Part shown: positions 1 to 9,699 of the stretch, in pieces | Layout: each line of letters opens with the position of its first letter | Position numbering within the stretch: the stretch's first letter is position 1 | DNA from: a bacterium | GTDB taxonomy: Bacteria > DUMJ01 | Length of the DNA: 64,000 nucleotides | Assembly: GCA_049969715.1 (NCBI GenBank) | Contig: JBMFOH010000007.1 | Coordinates: 10,284-74,283 of the forward strand | Direction of reading: 5' to 3' | The notes under the pieces: generated by a model | The model's database searches: none | What the model saw: only the letters and a program-made list of their open reading frames with translations | Told to the model about the DNA's origin: nothing | Program-made: the position numbers and the translations under genes

Positions 1-119
1 AGAGATAAGGATAAAGAATGGGTCTCTAAACTCCAGTGCAACCTGGGTTACTATTGGAGCCTTCCAATTTTTTGTCACATCTCTTAGTATAGGGATTATC
101 TTATGTATATCCTCATCTT

Positions 120-2012
120 TCACAGAACAGTAGCCAATAGCCAGATTATCAGTATCCCCAATAAACCAACAAGAATCCAGGTTATAATACTTTCTTCCTC
201 TGCCCTAAAGATTGCCTCTCTAGAAACTGTATTCCCTTCTTCATCAGAGGCAGTCACCAATACCTTATAGTTCCCTGGTTCTATATCTCCTCTCCACTTT
301 ATGTGTATATCTGGTACAGAGGCTTTAAAATTAGAAAGTGGCGTAGCAATAAGATTATTATTCATATCTCTGATCTCCACTGTAACCTGAGCCTTCTTAG
401 AGATATGAAAGCTTATATCAAGGTCTCTCTTAAATAGTGTCTTCACCCTGTAGGGTTGTGGGTTTATTTTGATCTCAGAGATACTCAAAGGTGCAACCTC
501 TAGCTTGGCAAAGATATTTGTTGTTTGTCTTGGATACACCTCTACAATACCTTCCCAAGTTTTATAGCCAAAGAGTTCGATACTTAGATTATGAGTTCCC
601 TCAGGGATATTTGAGCTTGTAAATGGAGTGACCCCTATCTCTTTCCCATCAAGGTATACCTTCGCCCCATTAATACTACTAGAGACCTGCAATGTACCAG
701 CGAGTTTCAATGTGGCATTTATTTGGGCTATCTCCCCTTCTGTTATATTAACATCGTCCGTCCAATCTGCATAACCAGAGAGCTTCAATAGAACAGTCTT
801 TCTCCCTACAGAGAGTCTCTGTATAGTAATAGGCGTCTTTCCATAGTATGCTCCATCTATATAAACTTCTGCGTTCGGCGGATTGGAAAACACTACAAGT
901 GCCCCTTCTGCCCTTTCTAGAGAGAAATTAAACGTAGCATCCTCTGTAACCCTTATGCTAGTCTCATAGTCCTTATATCCTTCTAAAACTAATCTAACGG
1001 TATGGAATCCATAAGAGACATAGTTATATGTAGGAGTGGTACCTCTATATATACCGTCTATATAAACACTTGCTCCAGATGGATTAGAATTAATACTCAA
1101 TCTAAATCTGGTAGTCTCTACCACTAGATTCACAAAGATGGTAGTCGTCTTATTGTTTTCTATAAATACCTGCTGAACATAATCCCTATATCCATCCTTG
1201 GAGAGTCTAATAGTATGAACACCTATAGGAACAAAGTCTATTCTGAGTGGAGTTTCTCCTTGATAGCTATCATCCAGATAAAGACTGGCTCCCCTAGGGG
1301 CAGAATCAATATAGAGAGAACCCATATTCACTTGAGGCATAAATGTCTCCATTACATACTCATACTGATGAGGTCTTATGATTATAGTCCTCTGTCTATC
1401 TCCATACCCTGGATAATTGAGTCTAAGGATATGAGATCCAGTCTTTATGTTAGAGAGAACAATAGGAGTATTTCCTATAGATTGGTTATCAAGATATACT
1501 GTTGCTCCACTAGGATTTGAGTTTACTACAAGTCCACCCACTGCCTCGTTTACTGAGACCTTTATAGATATCGATACAGGTTTCTTGGTAGTATTTCTAA
1601 TCCTTAGAGCTACCGGAGATGTAAGGTCTATCTTCTGTCCACTAGTAGTAGTAAAACTAGAATCCCAGGGGAAAAGAAAAGAAGTAGACTTTGTAAATGT
1701 CCCGCTATATATACTTGCTCCAGGAGAGCTAGGATTGCTAACATTATTATAGAGATCATAGGAGAGTTTCTCCCCTGAGTAGTTTATGCTTACCAAAAAA
1801 CTCTTTATAGAGCCAAGTGCTGGTATAGAGGAGACTCGGAAGATGATCAATGCATCATCCCCCTGTCTTATCTGTAGATTAATATTATCAGGCTGGGCAA
1901 ACTTTGGAGGTCTTATATCTACATAGAAAAACGAACTAGAGGATGCAATTTTAACATTAATGACTAATAGAAGTGACAATATAAATAGTAATATTACCTT
2001 TTTATCCTCCAT
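120..2012 (-). CDS. PEGA-repeat cell-surface protein (signal peptide, multiple PEGA domains, C-terminal TM anchor)
   Basis: N-terminal hydrophobic signal (ILLFILSLLLVINV) and a C-terminal TM (ITWILVGLLGILIIWLLATVL). At least 7 tandem ~70-aa repeats each contain PEGA-like cores (LNYPGYGD, SKDGYRDY, LEGYKDYET, LSGYADWT, LFGYKTWEG). Confidence 0.6.
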   Translation of the reverse strand: MEDKKVILLFILSLLLVINVKIASSSSFFYVDIRPPKFAQPDNINLQIRQGDDALIIFRVSSIPALGSIKSFLVSINYSGEKLSYDLYNNVSNPSSPGASIYSGTFTKSTSFLFPWDSSFTTTSGQKIDLTSPVALRIRNTTKKPVSISIKVSVNEAVGGLVVNSNPSGATVYLDNQSIGNTPIVLSNIKTGSHILRLNYPGYGDRQRTIIIRPHQYEYVMETFMPQVNMGSLYIDSAPRGASLYLDDSYQGETPLRIDFVPIGVHTIRLSKDGYRDYVQQVFIENNKTTTIFVNLVVETTRFRLSINSNPSGASVYIDGIYRGTTPTYNYVSYGFHTVRLVLEGYKDYETSIRVTEDATFNFSLERAEGALVVFSNPPNAEVYIDGAYYGKTPITIQRLSVGRKTVLLKLSGYADWTDDVNITEGEIAQINATLKLAGTLQVSSSINGAKVYLDGKEIGVTPFTSSNIPEGTHNLSIELFGYKTWEGIVEVYPRQTTNIFAKLEVAPLSISEIKINPQPYRVKTLFKRDLDISFHISKKAQVTVEIRDMNNNLIATPLSNFKASVPDIHIKWRGDIEPGNYKVLVTASDEEGNTVSREAIFRAEEESIITWILVGLLGILIIWLLATVL

Positions 2013-2514
2013 CTAACAACCCCCTCTCTTCTCTAATAGTCCAATCCCCTGGATTAGATAGAAAGTCATAGGTGTTAAAGAATACATTGTAATGCCTCTT
2101 TTCCTCCTCTACTAGCTTATCCCATAATCTCCTTAGATTTGAGTCGGTCTCCATATCCCTAGCCTCTTCATAGAGCTTATAACTTCTCTCTTCCATATCC
2201 ATAGCCATCTTTAAGGCGGAGAGTTCATCCGAAATAGTTACCGGGTTCACCTTCTCTTCCATCCCATTGAATATCGTCTTTACCTTCTCTTTCGGTTTAT
2301 CCTCCGAAAGATACCTCTCTACATCTATAGATGTGATACTGCTAAAAAGGTCATTTAAGATCTTAAGATGCCTCCTCTCATCATCAGCAAATGAAAGAAT
2401 CATCCTTCTACTTGAATCATATGGAACCTTTACACTCAAATTTTCATAAAAATTGATACCATCCTTTTCCATCTGTATAGCCTGTTCTATAAGTCTTCTC
2501 AATCTCTCTTCCAT
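2002..2514 (-). CDS. ferritin-like / rubrerythrin-family diiron domain protein
   Basis: Two E..H carboxylate/His motifs (DDERRH, EEEKRH) in a ~170-aa all-helical protein. This is typical of the ferritin-like diiron fold. Confidence 0.5.
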   Translation of the reverse strand: MEERLRRLIEQAIQMEKDGINFYENLSVKVPYDSSRRMILSFADDERRHLKILNDLFSSITSIDVERYLSEDKPKEKVKTIFNGMEEKVNPVTISDELSALKMAMDMEERSYKLYEEARDMETDSNLRRLWDKLVEEEKRHYNVFFNTYDFLSNPGDWTIREERGLLDGG

Positions 2515-2517
2515 TAC

Positions 2518-3066
2518 TTACCTCCTTAAAAGTTTAGAAATCTTTAAAAAATCTTCCCTCAGAAGTTTCAGCCATTCAGGATGATAAAGACAGGCTGCAG
2601 GATGAAAGGTGGGAAGGACAAGATAACTCCCTTTATCAAACACCTGCCCATGTATCTTTGTCATCCCTAGATCAATCTCAGCCAAAAGGTGGGTAGAGTG
2701 ATTACCTAATGTAACTATAATCTTAGGACTTATGATAGAGATCTGCTCCATAAGATAGGGACTACACATAACTATCTCTTCTGGCGATGGTTCCCTATTA
2801 TTCGGTGGCCTACATTTCAACACATTGGAGATATAGATCCCATCCCTCTTAAGCCCAATACTTTCTAAAATTTCATCTAAAAGTTTACCGGCAGCTCCAA
2901 CAAATGGCTCCCCTTTTTTATCTTCATAGTATCCAGGAGCCTCCCCTACCATCATAAGTTGTGCCTTTGTATCTCCTACCCCAAAAACCACCTTAGTCCT
3001 TGTCTTATATAGACTGCACTTGGTACAATCCTCAACCTCTGATCTCAACTCTTCCAAGCTCTTCAT
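2518..3066 (-). CDS. uracil-DNA glycosylase, family 4
   Basis: C-x2-C N-terminus (CTKCSLYKTR) and GEAPG..ED..G.PFVG.AG.LL motifs are diagnostic of thermostable family-4 UDG. Overlaps the 3' end of the upstream gene by 35 nt. Confidence 0.8.
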   Translation of the reverse strand: MKSLEELRSEVEDCTKCSLYKTRTKVVFGVGDTKAQLMMVGEAPGYYEDKKGEPFVGAAGKLLDEILESIGLKRDGIYISNVLKCRPPNNREPSPEEIVMCSPYLMEQISIISPKIIVTLGNHSTHLLAEIDLGMTKIHGQVFDKGSYLVLPTFHPAACLYHPEWLKLLREDFLKISKLLRR

Positions 3067-4318
3067 TTATCACCTCTAAAAGATTATCCCCCTTAGTTAT
3101 TATACTATTTCTTTCTAGCTGTTTCCACAATCTTGTAGCCTCTCCACCTGTAAAATCCCTAGTCCCTATAGGTGGATCGTTTATCATAATAGTCAGTTTA
3201 TTCTTCTCTTGAGCATAGAATAATGCCTTAAGATTGGCTATATTTCCACTACCAAAAGGAACAGGACACATAACCACAACTCTAGAAGCATCTATCATCT
3301 CAAGATTTCTCTCGTAGTTACTTTCAGATATAGAAGAGAATGGTGCCTCTAATATGGATTCTATTCCAAGCTCCTGACATGTCTCTGCATCAGTATCAAG
3401 AATATTTACTACACCAACACTTATTTCAAAATACTGTCTTAGGTGGTATATATATCTTGTTCCTGTACCACCTCCACAGATCAGATGTACCCTAATCTTT
3501 CTCTCCTTATTTTCCTTCTTATGAGAGACTAATGGAAGTATATATATACTTTCATATATAGGGTGGTGTTTTACTATCACATCTATATCGAAGACATCTT
3601 TAAGATTCTCGCTATTTAACACATCTTTAGGTAGGCCAAAATCATAGATCAGTCCCCCTTTCATCAGAATAATCTTATCACAGAACTGGGCGGCTAGGTT
3701 TGGATCATGAATAGCTGCTAAAGCAGAGATACCTTTCCTTTTAACTAGTTCTCTTATAAGGTTTAACATCTCTATCTGATAAGTAACATCTAGATGAGAA
3801 GTAGGCTCATCTAGTAGAAGTATCTTAGGATTCTGAGCCAAAGCTCTAGCCAAAATCACTCTCTGTTTTTCCCCACCACTGAGTTCAGTAATACGCCTTT
3901 CAGCAAGACCCAAGGTATTAGTGAGAGACATAGCCTCTTTTACTATCTCTTCGTCCTCCTTGGTCTCTCCCTGAAGCCTTGAAACATATGGATTTCTTCC
4001 CATCATTACAATCTCATAGACAGTGAATGCAAAATCCAGTACAGTCTCTTGAGGTACTACCCCTATCTTTTTTGCTATCTCTCTATAGGAAAGTTCGTCC
4101 AACAATTTACCATCTAAAGATACAGTTCCAGCTACAGGCTTTAAGGTCTTACTTAAGGTCCTAATAAGGGTGGTCTTACCTGACCCATTTGGACCAAGTA
4201 ATCCTACCAACTCTCCGGGTAAAAGGGATATAGTAATTCCCTTTAATACCTCTCTACCCTCATATGTACATCTTATATTAAAGGCTTCAATTACTGCCTT
4301 TGATAATACCTTTTGCAT
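3032..4318 (-). CDS. ABC transporter ATP-binding protein (FecE/HmuV-type) fused to C-terminal ~170-aa Gly-rich domain of unknown function
   Basis: Walker A (GPNGSGKTT), ABC signature (LSGGEKQR), Walker B (LLLDEPTSHLD) and H-loop occupy residues 1-250. The C-terminal domain carries CGGGTGTR and CPVPFGSGN motifs. No permease or binding protein lies adjacent. Confidence 0.75.
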   Translation of the reverse strand: MQKVLSKAVIEAFNIRCTYEGREVLKGITISLLPGELVGLLGPNGSGKTTLIRTLSKTLKPVAGTVSLDGKLLDELSYREIAKKIGVVPQETVLDFAFTVYEIVMMGRNPYVSRLQGETKEDEEIVKEAMSLTNTLGLAERRITELSGGEKQRVILARALAQNPKILLLDEPTSHLDVTYQIEMLNLIRELVKRKGISALAAIHDPNLAAQFCDKIILMKGGLIYDFGLPKDVLNSENLKDVFDIDVIVKHHPIYESIYILPLVSHKKENKERKIRVHLICGGGTGTRYIYHLRQYFEISVGVVNILDTDAETCQELGIESILEAPFSSISESNYERNLEMIDASRVVVMCPVPFGSGNIANLKALFYAQEKNKLTIMINDPPIGTRDFTGGEATRLWKQLERNSIITKGDNLLEVINEELGRVEIRG

Positions 4319-5225
4319 ACTCTAAAAAACCCTTCGTTATACCAGAAAAATCCATTAATGCTCCAATAATAATTTTATCATAATCATTCTTTAGTTCGCC
4401 AGGGAGGACTTTACTCGGATCTATCTTAAATGGGGACTTCTGATCTATCTTATTCCCATAGATCTTGCCCTGAATGTTCCAAAGGATCTCGGAGTAATCC
4501 TTCGATCTATTTGCCAAGTCTACTGCAGAATTCCAGAGGTCATCTATCTTTATAGGGCTAGCACTCCTAAGAGCCCTAAAGTATAACTGATTCCTCTTCT
4601 TAATCTGATACTCTTGATAATTCTCTAGGGCAAAGTGGTGATTCATTGCAAGAACAGTGACACCATTTATATCCCATATGTTACTGAGAAGAGTTATTGT
4701 AGGACCAGGATTAGCATGGAATGGATTTGTTAGGTCCTGTAGATAGTGAAGGGCTCTTGCTAAGAATCTAAAGCCCCAGTATGGATCACCGTTCTTAAAT
4801 GCCTCTATTGCCATATTATAAAAATGAACTGCCCTATCTGGAGCCTCCCCCAGTTTAAGTATCCCCCCCAGAAGAATATAGTACTGGTGTCTCCAGCCAT
4901 GGCTTCCACCTGTAAGAGACTGCATAGAATTGAGTGATAACCCCTCATCCATCCCCCAGTCTGGCTCATCTGCATATGTAGAGAGAATTGTCTTAGCGTC
5001 CGTCTTGTCTTCTACCTTACCTTCTAGATAGGGAATCTTATAATTCGAATTGTAAGGAGAACTATCCCTGTAAGAGTATTGAGTAATCAAGATATCCTTA
5101 TACTTATTCAACCAAGGTAACGTATCTAACACTATCTTAGTCATCTCTCCATGGACTGACCATGCAGATGCTAAGGTAGGGAATAAAAATATTCCTAAGA
5201 GTAAAAGTATCGCTATTCTTTTCAT
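4287..5225 (-). CDS. secreted zinc-dependent phospholipase C / S1-P1 nuclease-fold protein
   Basis: Signal peptide (MKRIAILLLLGIFLFPTLASA) followed by W-x-HG. An internal ALHYLQDLTNPFHANP segment resembles the HYFGDIDTPYHPANV zinc-ligand motif of bacterial zinc PLCs. I chose the start at 5225 because a GGGAGGAG RBS lies 5 nt upstream; the ORF track extends to 5273. Confidence 0.55.
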   Translation of the reverse strand: MKRIAILLLLGIFLFPTLASAWSVHGEMTKIVLDTLPWLNKYKDILITQYSYRDSSPYNSNYKIPYLEGKVEDKTDAKTILSTYADEPDWGMDEGLSLNSMQSLTGGSHGWRHQYYILLGGILKLGEAPDRAVHFYNMAIEAFKNGDPYWGFRFLARALHYLQDLTNPFHANPGPTITLLSNIWDINGVTVLAMNHHFALENYQEYQIKKRNQLYFRALRSASPIKIDDLWNSAVDLANRSKDYSEILWNIQGKIYGNKIDQKSPFKIDPSKVLPGELKNDYDKIIIGALMDFSGITKGFLEYAKGIIKGSN

Positions 5226-5342
5226 TAACTCCTCCCAAATAAAATTTGACTCAGTAGTAAAATTATACCACAACTATTTACAAAAATGTCCTTATCTAGT
5301 AGAATATAAAAGCAATAAAGGTATTGATAGGCGGAGGAAAAG

Positions 5343-6215
5343 ATGGAAGGTCTTATCCTTTATGAAGAGTACCAACCAAAGAACCCTTATCTAATAGCAG
5401 GATTCTCGGGTTGGGCTAATGCAGGAGAAGTCTCAACTATAGCATTAACCTATTTGATCAGTAAATTAGATGCCAAAAAATTTGCTGAGATAAATGGGGA
5501 AGATTTCTACATACTAACCTCAACAGAAGCCCATAGGCCAGTAACTAACATAGAAAAGGGAATGATAAGAGAACTGAATCTTCCTGTAACTACATTCTAT
5601 CTTTGGAAGAATGAAGGAATTGATATCATCTTTCTTTTAGGAAGAGAACCAGACGTACGATGGAAGAGATACCTAGAGATAGTTATTGGTTTTGCAAAAG
5701 ATCTCGGTGTAAAACGGATATATACAATAGGAGGAGAATATTCATCTGTACCTCATACCAGGAAACCTAGGATAACAGGAGTTGTAAGTGATGAGAAGCT
5801 AAAGGAGGAGCTCTTGCAGTATGAGGTAAGAACTATAGATTATCAAGGTCCAAGTAGTATCCACACCTATTTTTCTATCGTCTCTAAGGAAAAGGGTATA
5901 GAGTGTGTAAGTCTTTGGGGAGATGTTCCATACTATATTCAAGTGTCTAATCCTACTGTAGCATCAGTTGTGTTAGATAAGCTGGCTAAACTCTTAAAGA
6001 TTGAGTTTCCTCTTGAGCAGATAAAGAAGGAAGGGGAAGAGTTTACTGAACAGGTCAATAAGGCAGTAGCAGAAAAGCCTGATGTCCAAGAGTTTATTAA
6101 AAAACTAGAAGATATCTATGATGCAGATATAGAGGTCGATAGACCAAGCAGACAAGAACTTGAAGAATTTATTAAGGGTGTAGAAGATTTCCTACGTCGG
6201 CAGGATAAAGAATAG
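5343..6215 (+). CDS. PAC2-family (proteasome assembly chaperone-like, ATP-grasp superfamily) protein
   Basis: The N-terminal IAGFSGWANAGEVS..YLI..L pattern resembles the PAC2/COG1938 GFPG.G.VG..A..YLI motif. Size is ~290 aa. Confidence 0.45.
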   Translation: MEGLILYEEYQPKNPYLIAGFSGWANAGEVSTIALTYLISKLDAKKFAEINGEDFYILTSTEAHRPVTNIEKGMIRELNLPVTTFYLWKNEGIDIIFLLGREPDVRWKRYLEIVIGFAKDLGVKRIYTIGGEYSSVPHTRKPRITGVVSDEKLKEELLQYEVRTIDYQGPSSIHTYFSIVSKEKGIECVSLWGDVPYYIQVSNPTVASVVLDKLAKLLKIEFPLEQIKKEGEEFTEQVNKAVAEKPDVQEFIKKLEDIYDADIEVDRPSRQELEEFIKGVEDFLRRQDKE

Positions 6216-6244
6216 GAAGCACGAGAAGGACCTTGATAGAGAGT

Positions 6245-7246
6245 TTACCTTAGTATTAGTGCTTTTAATAGTTCCTGTCTCCACACCTTCTTAGAAGGGT
6301 CGTATGCTCCGAAGCCTGCACAGAATTCCCAGTAACACCAAGCAATTTTTCTTTTTTCTGCCTCTCTAGCTACAAAGGACGTCCAACGGGCTCTTGACTC
6401 CATATCTGCCTTATTATACGCACCAAATTCTCCCAAAAATAGTGGAACATTGTTATGTCTTTTAGACCACTCTACTGCCATATCTAACTCATTCGTTATC
6501 TGCCTTTTTTCTTCTTCTGTTCCTAGCCACTTTCTACCCAAAGGGGGCGAAGGGCTCACCCACTCTGCCCCCTGATGTGTAAATTCAAACGGTGTATATA
6601 AATGGAATGTTACTATAAGATTTTTGTCATTAGGGATAGAGAGTTCTCCAAGGCTCCAAACACTATTCCAAGACGTTGGTCCTACGATTATCTTCCTCTG
6701 AGGATTGGTCACTCTTATTATTTTTATTGTATCTACCACGTATCCATTCCACAGGTCACTTGTTAGGGCATGGCATGGTTCATTTAAAAGTTCAAAGTAT
6801 AGATTTGCCGGATAATCTTTATAGTGTTCAGAGATCTGCCTCCATAAACTTAAAAATCTCTCCCTATGCCCATCTGGATTTACCATTATCTCATCATAGT
6901 GATGGATATTTATTACTGTTATAAGGTTCTGCTCTAGAGATTTCTTTACCACCCAGTCTACCCGCTTAAAGAAATTCTTATCTATCTTATATGGAGGCTT
7001 CGACTCAGCATGGAAGGACCATTTTATTGGAATCCTTACTGTATCAAAACCTGCATCCTTTATAATCTTGAAGTAATCATCTTCTATATACACTCCCCAA
7101 TCTCCTTCGTTGGGAGCTTCTAGAGCATTCCCTATATTAATTCCACGAGACATCTTAGCATCTTCGGGAAATACTATTCCTGGAACTAAGAGTAAGACAA
7201 GAAGAATAACAAAGACTCTATTAATAGTATCTCCTCCTAATGTCAT
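6245..7246 (-). CDS. glycoside hydrolase family 5 (endo-beta-1,4-glucanase/mannanase), secreted
   Basis: Signal peptide, RGINIGN..E start, GFDTVRIP, and the catalytic acid/base motif ELLNEP. Confidence 0.75.
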   Translation of the reverse strand: MTLGGDTINRVFVILLVLLLVPGIVFPEDAKMSRGINIGNALEAPNEGDWGVYIEDDYFKIIKDAGFDTVRIPIKWSFHAESKPPYKIDKNFFKRVDWVVKKSLEQNLITVINIHHYDEIMVNPDGHRERFLSLWRQISEHYKDYPANLYFELLNEPCHALTSDLWNGYVVDTIKIIRVTNPQRKIIVGPTSWNSVWSLGELSIPNDKNLIVTFHLYTPFEFTHQGAEWVSPSPPLGRKWLGTEEEKRQITNELDMAVEWSKRHNNVPLFLGEFGAYNKADMESRARWTSFVAREAEKRKIAWCYWEFCAGFGAYDPSKKVWRQELLKALILR

Positions 7247-9674
7247 TCAAGGTATAAACCTTTATATCATATAGATCCACCTCTTCTAAAGCCTTGACAG
7301 ATAACTTTATCTCTTCCCCTGGGAATATATCAAAATAGTTATCACTCAGTGAAATACCATCAGGGACATCTATACTTACCATCCAAACAAACCGATCTGA
7401 TGTTAAAGAAAGTTCGTATCTTTCAACATCTATCTTATTCAGTTTGATATCAATCTTAGCTTCTGGAAGCTTTAAGTCCTTGAAGTCAACTAAAAAGATT
7501 CTATTTTTAGATATTAACCCTCCTTCTAAAGAAGAGACCTTAGCATAAACAAATACATAATCCTTCTCTTTGATGCCAGAAACATCTAGTTTTCCTATAG
7601 ATAAACTCTTTGCTCCTGGAAGTTCAACCCTTTCTGATTTTCTTTCAAGGATTCTGCCATTGAAATCTTCTATCCCATATTCTACCTCTACCTCTTGAGA
7701 TTTGTAAGTTTCATTGACAGCTACTATCTCTACTATATCTTGTTCTTTAATAGATATATGGATAGGCTCAAAGACCCTCTTAACAAAATAATATGATGGC
7801 TTTAATCTAAGATAGTAATCTACTACAGTCCATGCCCCTGTCGTTCCCCAACAGTCAGAATACATCCAGAATAACTCACCAGCAGTATTAAACATACGTC
7901 TTTTCCAATGTTCTAGAGCGAATTTTAATGCCTCTGCTTGTATCATCTGAGCACTTAAGAGATACTCATCTAGAGAAAGCTTCTCTTGAGGAATGAAAAA
8001 TCTCTCTAAACTAGCCTTAATGTTTCCTCTTTCAAAAGTATTATTATGAAACCTCCAGGTAGGAGAATCTATATATAGTTCATTATCTGGAGTAAATTCT
8101 ATAAGACTTTTCTTTAATGGTGGAGCAAGCTGACCAAACTCTGTTATAAATTTACCCTTATCTAATGCATAGAGTTTATAATTTACCCTCTCAAAGGGGT
8201 CTTCTGTTTGTATACTTAAAGTCCAGGCATGCCTATCTCCACACTCTTCGGAGTTAGGGTCTTCTCCACCGTATGGACTTGAGGGCCAGTAAGGACGAGT
8301 TGGATCTAATTTCTTGCATATCTCTGGCAGGAGTTCATCATATATCTTAGAGCCATAAAGCCTGGTATCTTTCCCGCCCCATGCACCCATATAATGTATC
8401 CATTGATTCTCATTATTTCCACACCAAACTACTAGAGAGGGGTGGTTTCTCAACTGTTTTATTACAGTCCTTGCTTCCTTCTCCACTTCTTGCATAAACT
8501 CCTTATCATCATCCGGATAGGGAGCACAGGCAAACATAAAGTCTTGCCAGATCATAATCCCATTCTTATCACATAGCTCATAAAAATACGGGTCCTCGTA
8601 TATACCGCCACCCCAGATCCTAAACATGTTGAAGTTTGCCTCTTTAGCAAGCTCTATTAGCTTCTTATACTTCTCTTTAGAGACATTTGCTATTATAGAG
8701 TCGGCAGGTATCCAATCAGCCCCTTTACAGAAGACCTTCTTACCATTTATAGAGATAATAAACGATGTCCCCTCAGGGATAGGTTCCTGAATAAGTTTTA
8801 CCTCTCTTATTCCGTATTTAGCAGAGTAGTTGTCAAGTAGTTTATTATTTTGAGAGACTTCAAGCTTAAAATCGTAAAGGAACGGCTCTCCAATAGGTGC
8901 TGGATACCATAATCTGGGATTATCTATTTCTAAAGTGTAGGTCTTAACATTCAATCCTGGTTTAACTGAAAGTCGTTCTTTAAGTCCAAAGGTTCTCTCA
9001 TCACTTAGAGATAAAGAGATATCTAGGTCTATTTGATTAGACTCAAAATTCTCTATCTCTAATTCTATCTCAACCTTAGCTTTATCTTCTAGGACTGAAG
9101 ATTTTAAAAATACATCCCTTATCGCCACGCTCTCATAACTTCTAAGTTGAACACCCCTCCATATACCACAGGTAGGTAGATATGGGCCCCAGTCCCAACC
9201 AAATACAAACTGAGGCTTTCTCATCCAGATACGATAATAACTCTCATCAACCCCATACTTCTCTAAAGGTTTGCCTTTTGCCCTCTTCTTACCAACATCA
9301 AGATAGACTAAGAGCTCATTTTCTCCTTCTCTAATAGAACTAGTTACATCTATTACATAAGGGATAAATGCATTATGATGTTCCCCTATCCTTACTCCAT
9401 TAAGAAAAATTTCTGCATCTAGATCGAGTCCATCAAAGACTAGTTCCACTTTTTTCTGAATAAAATCTTTAGATACATTGAAGATCTTTCTGTAATACCA
9501 CAGTCTTTCTTCTATCCACTTACATTTTTCGGCATTAGTCCCATATAGAGGGTCATCTATCTTCCCATTTCTTAAAAGGTCTAGATGCACATCCCCTGGA
9601 ACAGTGGCAGTGAGCCACTCACTATCCAACTCTGACCTAAACTCCCATCTTCCATCTAAAGATATGACTTGCAT
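7221..9674 (-). CDS. glycoside hydrolase family 2 beta-mannosidase
   Basis: An 817-aa protein with WCGNNE (GH2 catalytic region) and a sugar-binding N-terminal domain. It is co-located with GH5 and a sugar ABC transporter. Confidence 0.7.
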   Translation of the reverse strand: MQVISLDGRWEFRSELDSEWLTATVPGDVHLDLLRNGKIDDPLYGTNAEKCKWIEERLWYYRKIFNVSKDFIQKKVELVFDGLDLDAEIFLNGVRIGEHHNAFIPYVIDVTSSIREGENELLVYLDVGKKRAKGKPLEKYGVDESYYRIWMRKPQFVFGWDWGPYLPTCGIWRGVQLRSYESVAIRDVFLKSSVLEDKAKVEIELEIENFESNQIDLDISLSLSDERTFGLKERLSVKPGLNVKTYTLEIDNPRLWYPAPIGEPFLYDFKLEVSQNNKLLDNYSAKYGIREVKLIQEPIPEGTSFIISINGKKVFCKGADWIPADSIIANVSKEKYKKLIELAKEANFNMFRIWGGGIYEDPYFYELCDKNGIMIWQDFMFACAPYPDDDKEFMQEVEKEARTVIKQLRNHPSLVVWCGNNENQWIHYMGAWGGKDTRLYGSKIYDELLPEICKKLDPTRPYWPSSPYGGEDPNSEECGDRHAWTLSIQTEDPFERVNYKLYALDKGKFITEFGQLAPPLKKSLIEFTPDNELYIDSPTWRFHNNTFERGNIKASLERFFIPQEKLSLDEYLLSAQMIQAEALKFALEHWKRRMFNTAGELFWMYSDCWGTTGAWTVVDYYLRLKPSYYFVKRVFEPIHISIKEQDIVEIVAVNETYKSQEVEVEYGIEDFNGRILERKSERVELPGAKSLSIGKLDVSGIKEKDYVFVYAKVSSLEGGLISKNRIFLVDFKDLKLPEAKIDIKLNKIDVERYELSLTSDRFVWMVSIDVPDGISLSDNYFDIFPGEEIKLSVKALEEVDLYDIKVYTLNDIRRRYY

Positions 9675-9699
9675 ATGGACACCTCACTCTAGGAATTAA

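Noticed and set aside
1215-1752. Two 101-aa plus-strand ORFs inside the PEGA-protein gene. The same judgement applies to the many 60-160-aa ORFs antisense to long genes (e.g. 6676-6924, 13011-13214, 17313-17678, 26861-27221, 29731-30086, 39255-40379, 44815-45517, 46691-47095, 48743-49648, 55888-56244, 56552-56953).
   Set aside because: They are embedded antisense in long, motif-supported genes. They have low-complexity or odd composition, no RBS context and no recognisable domains.
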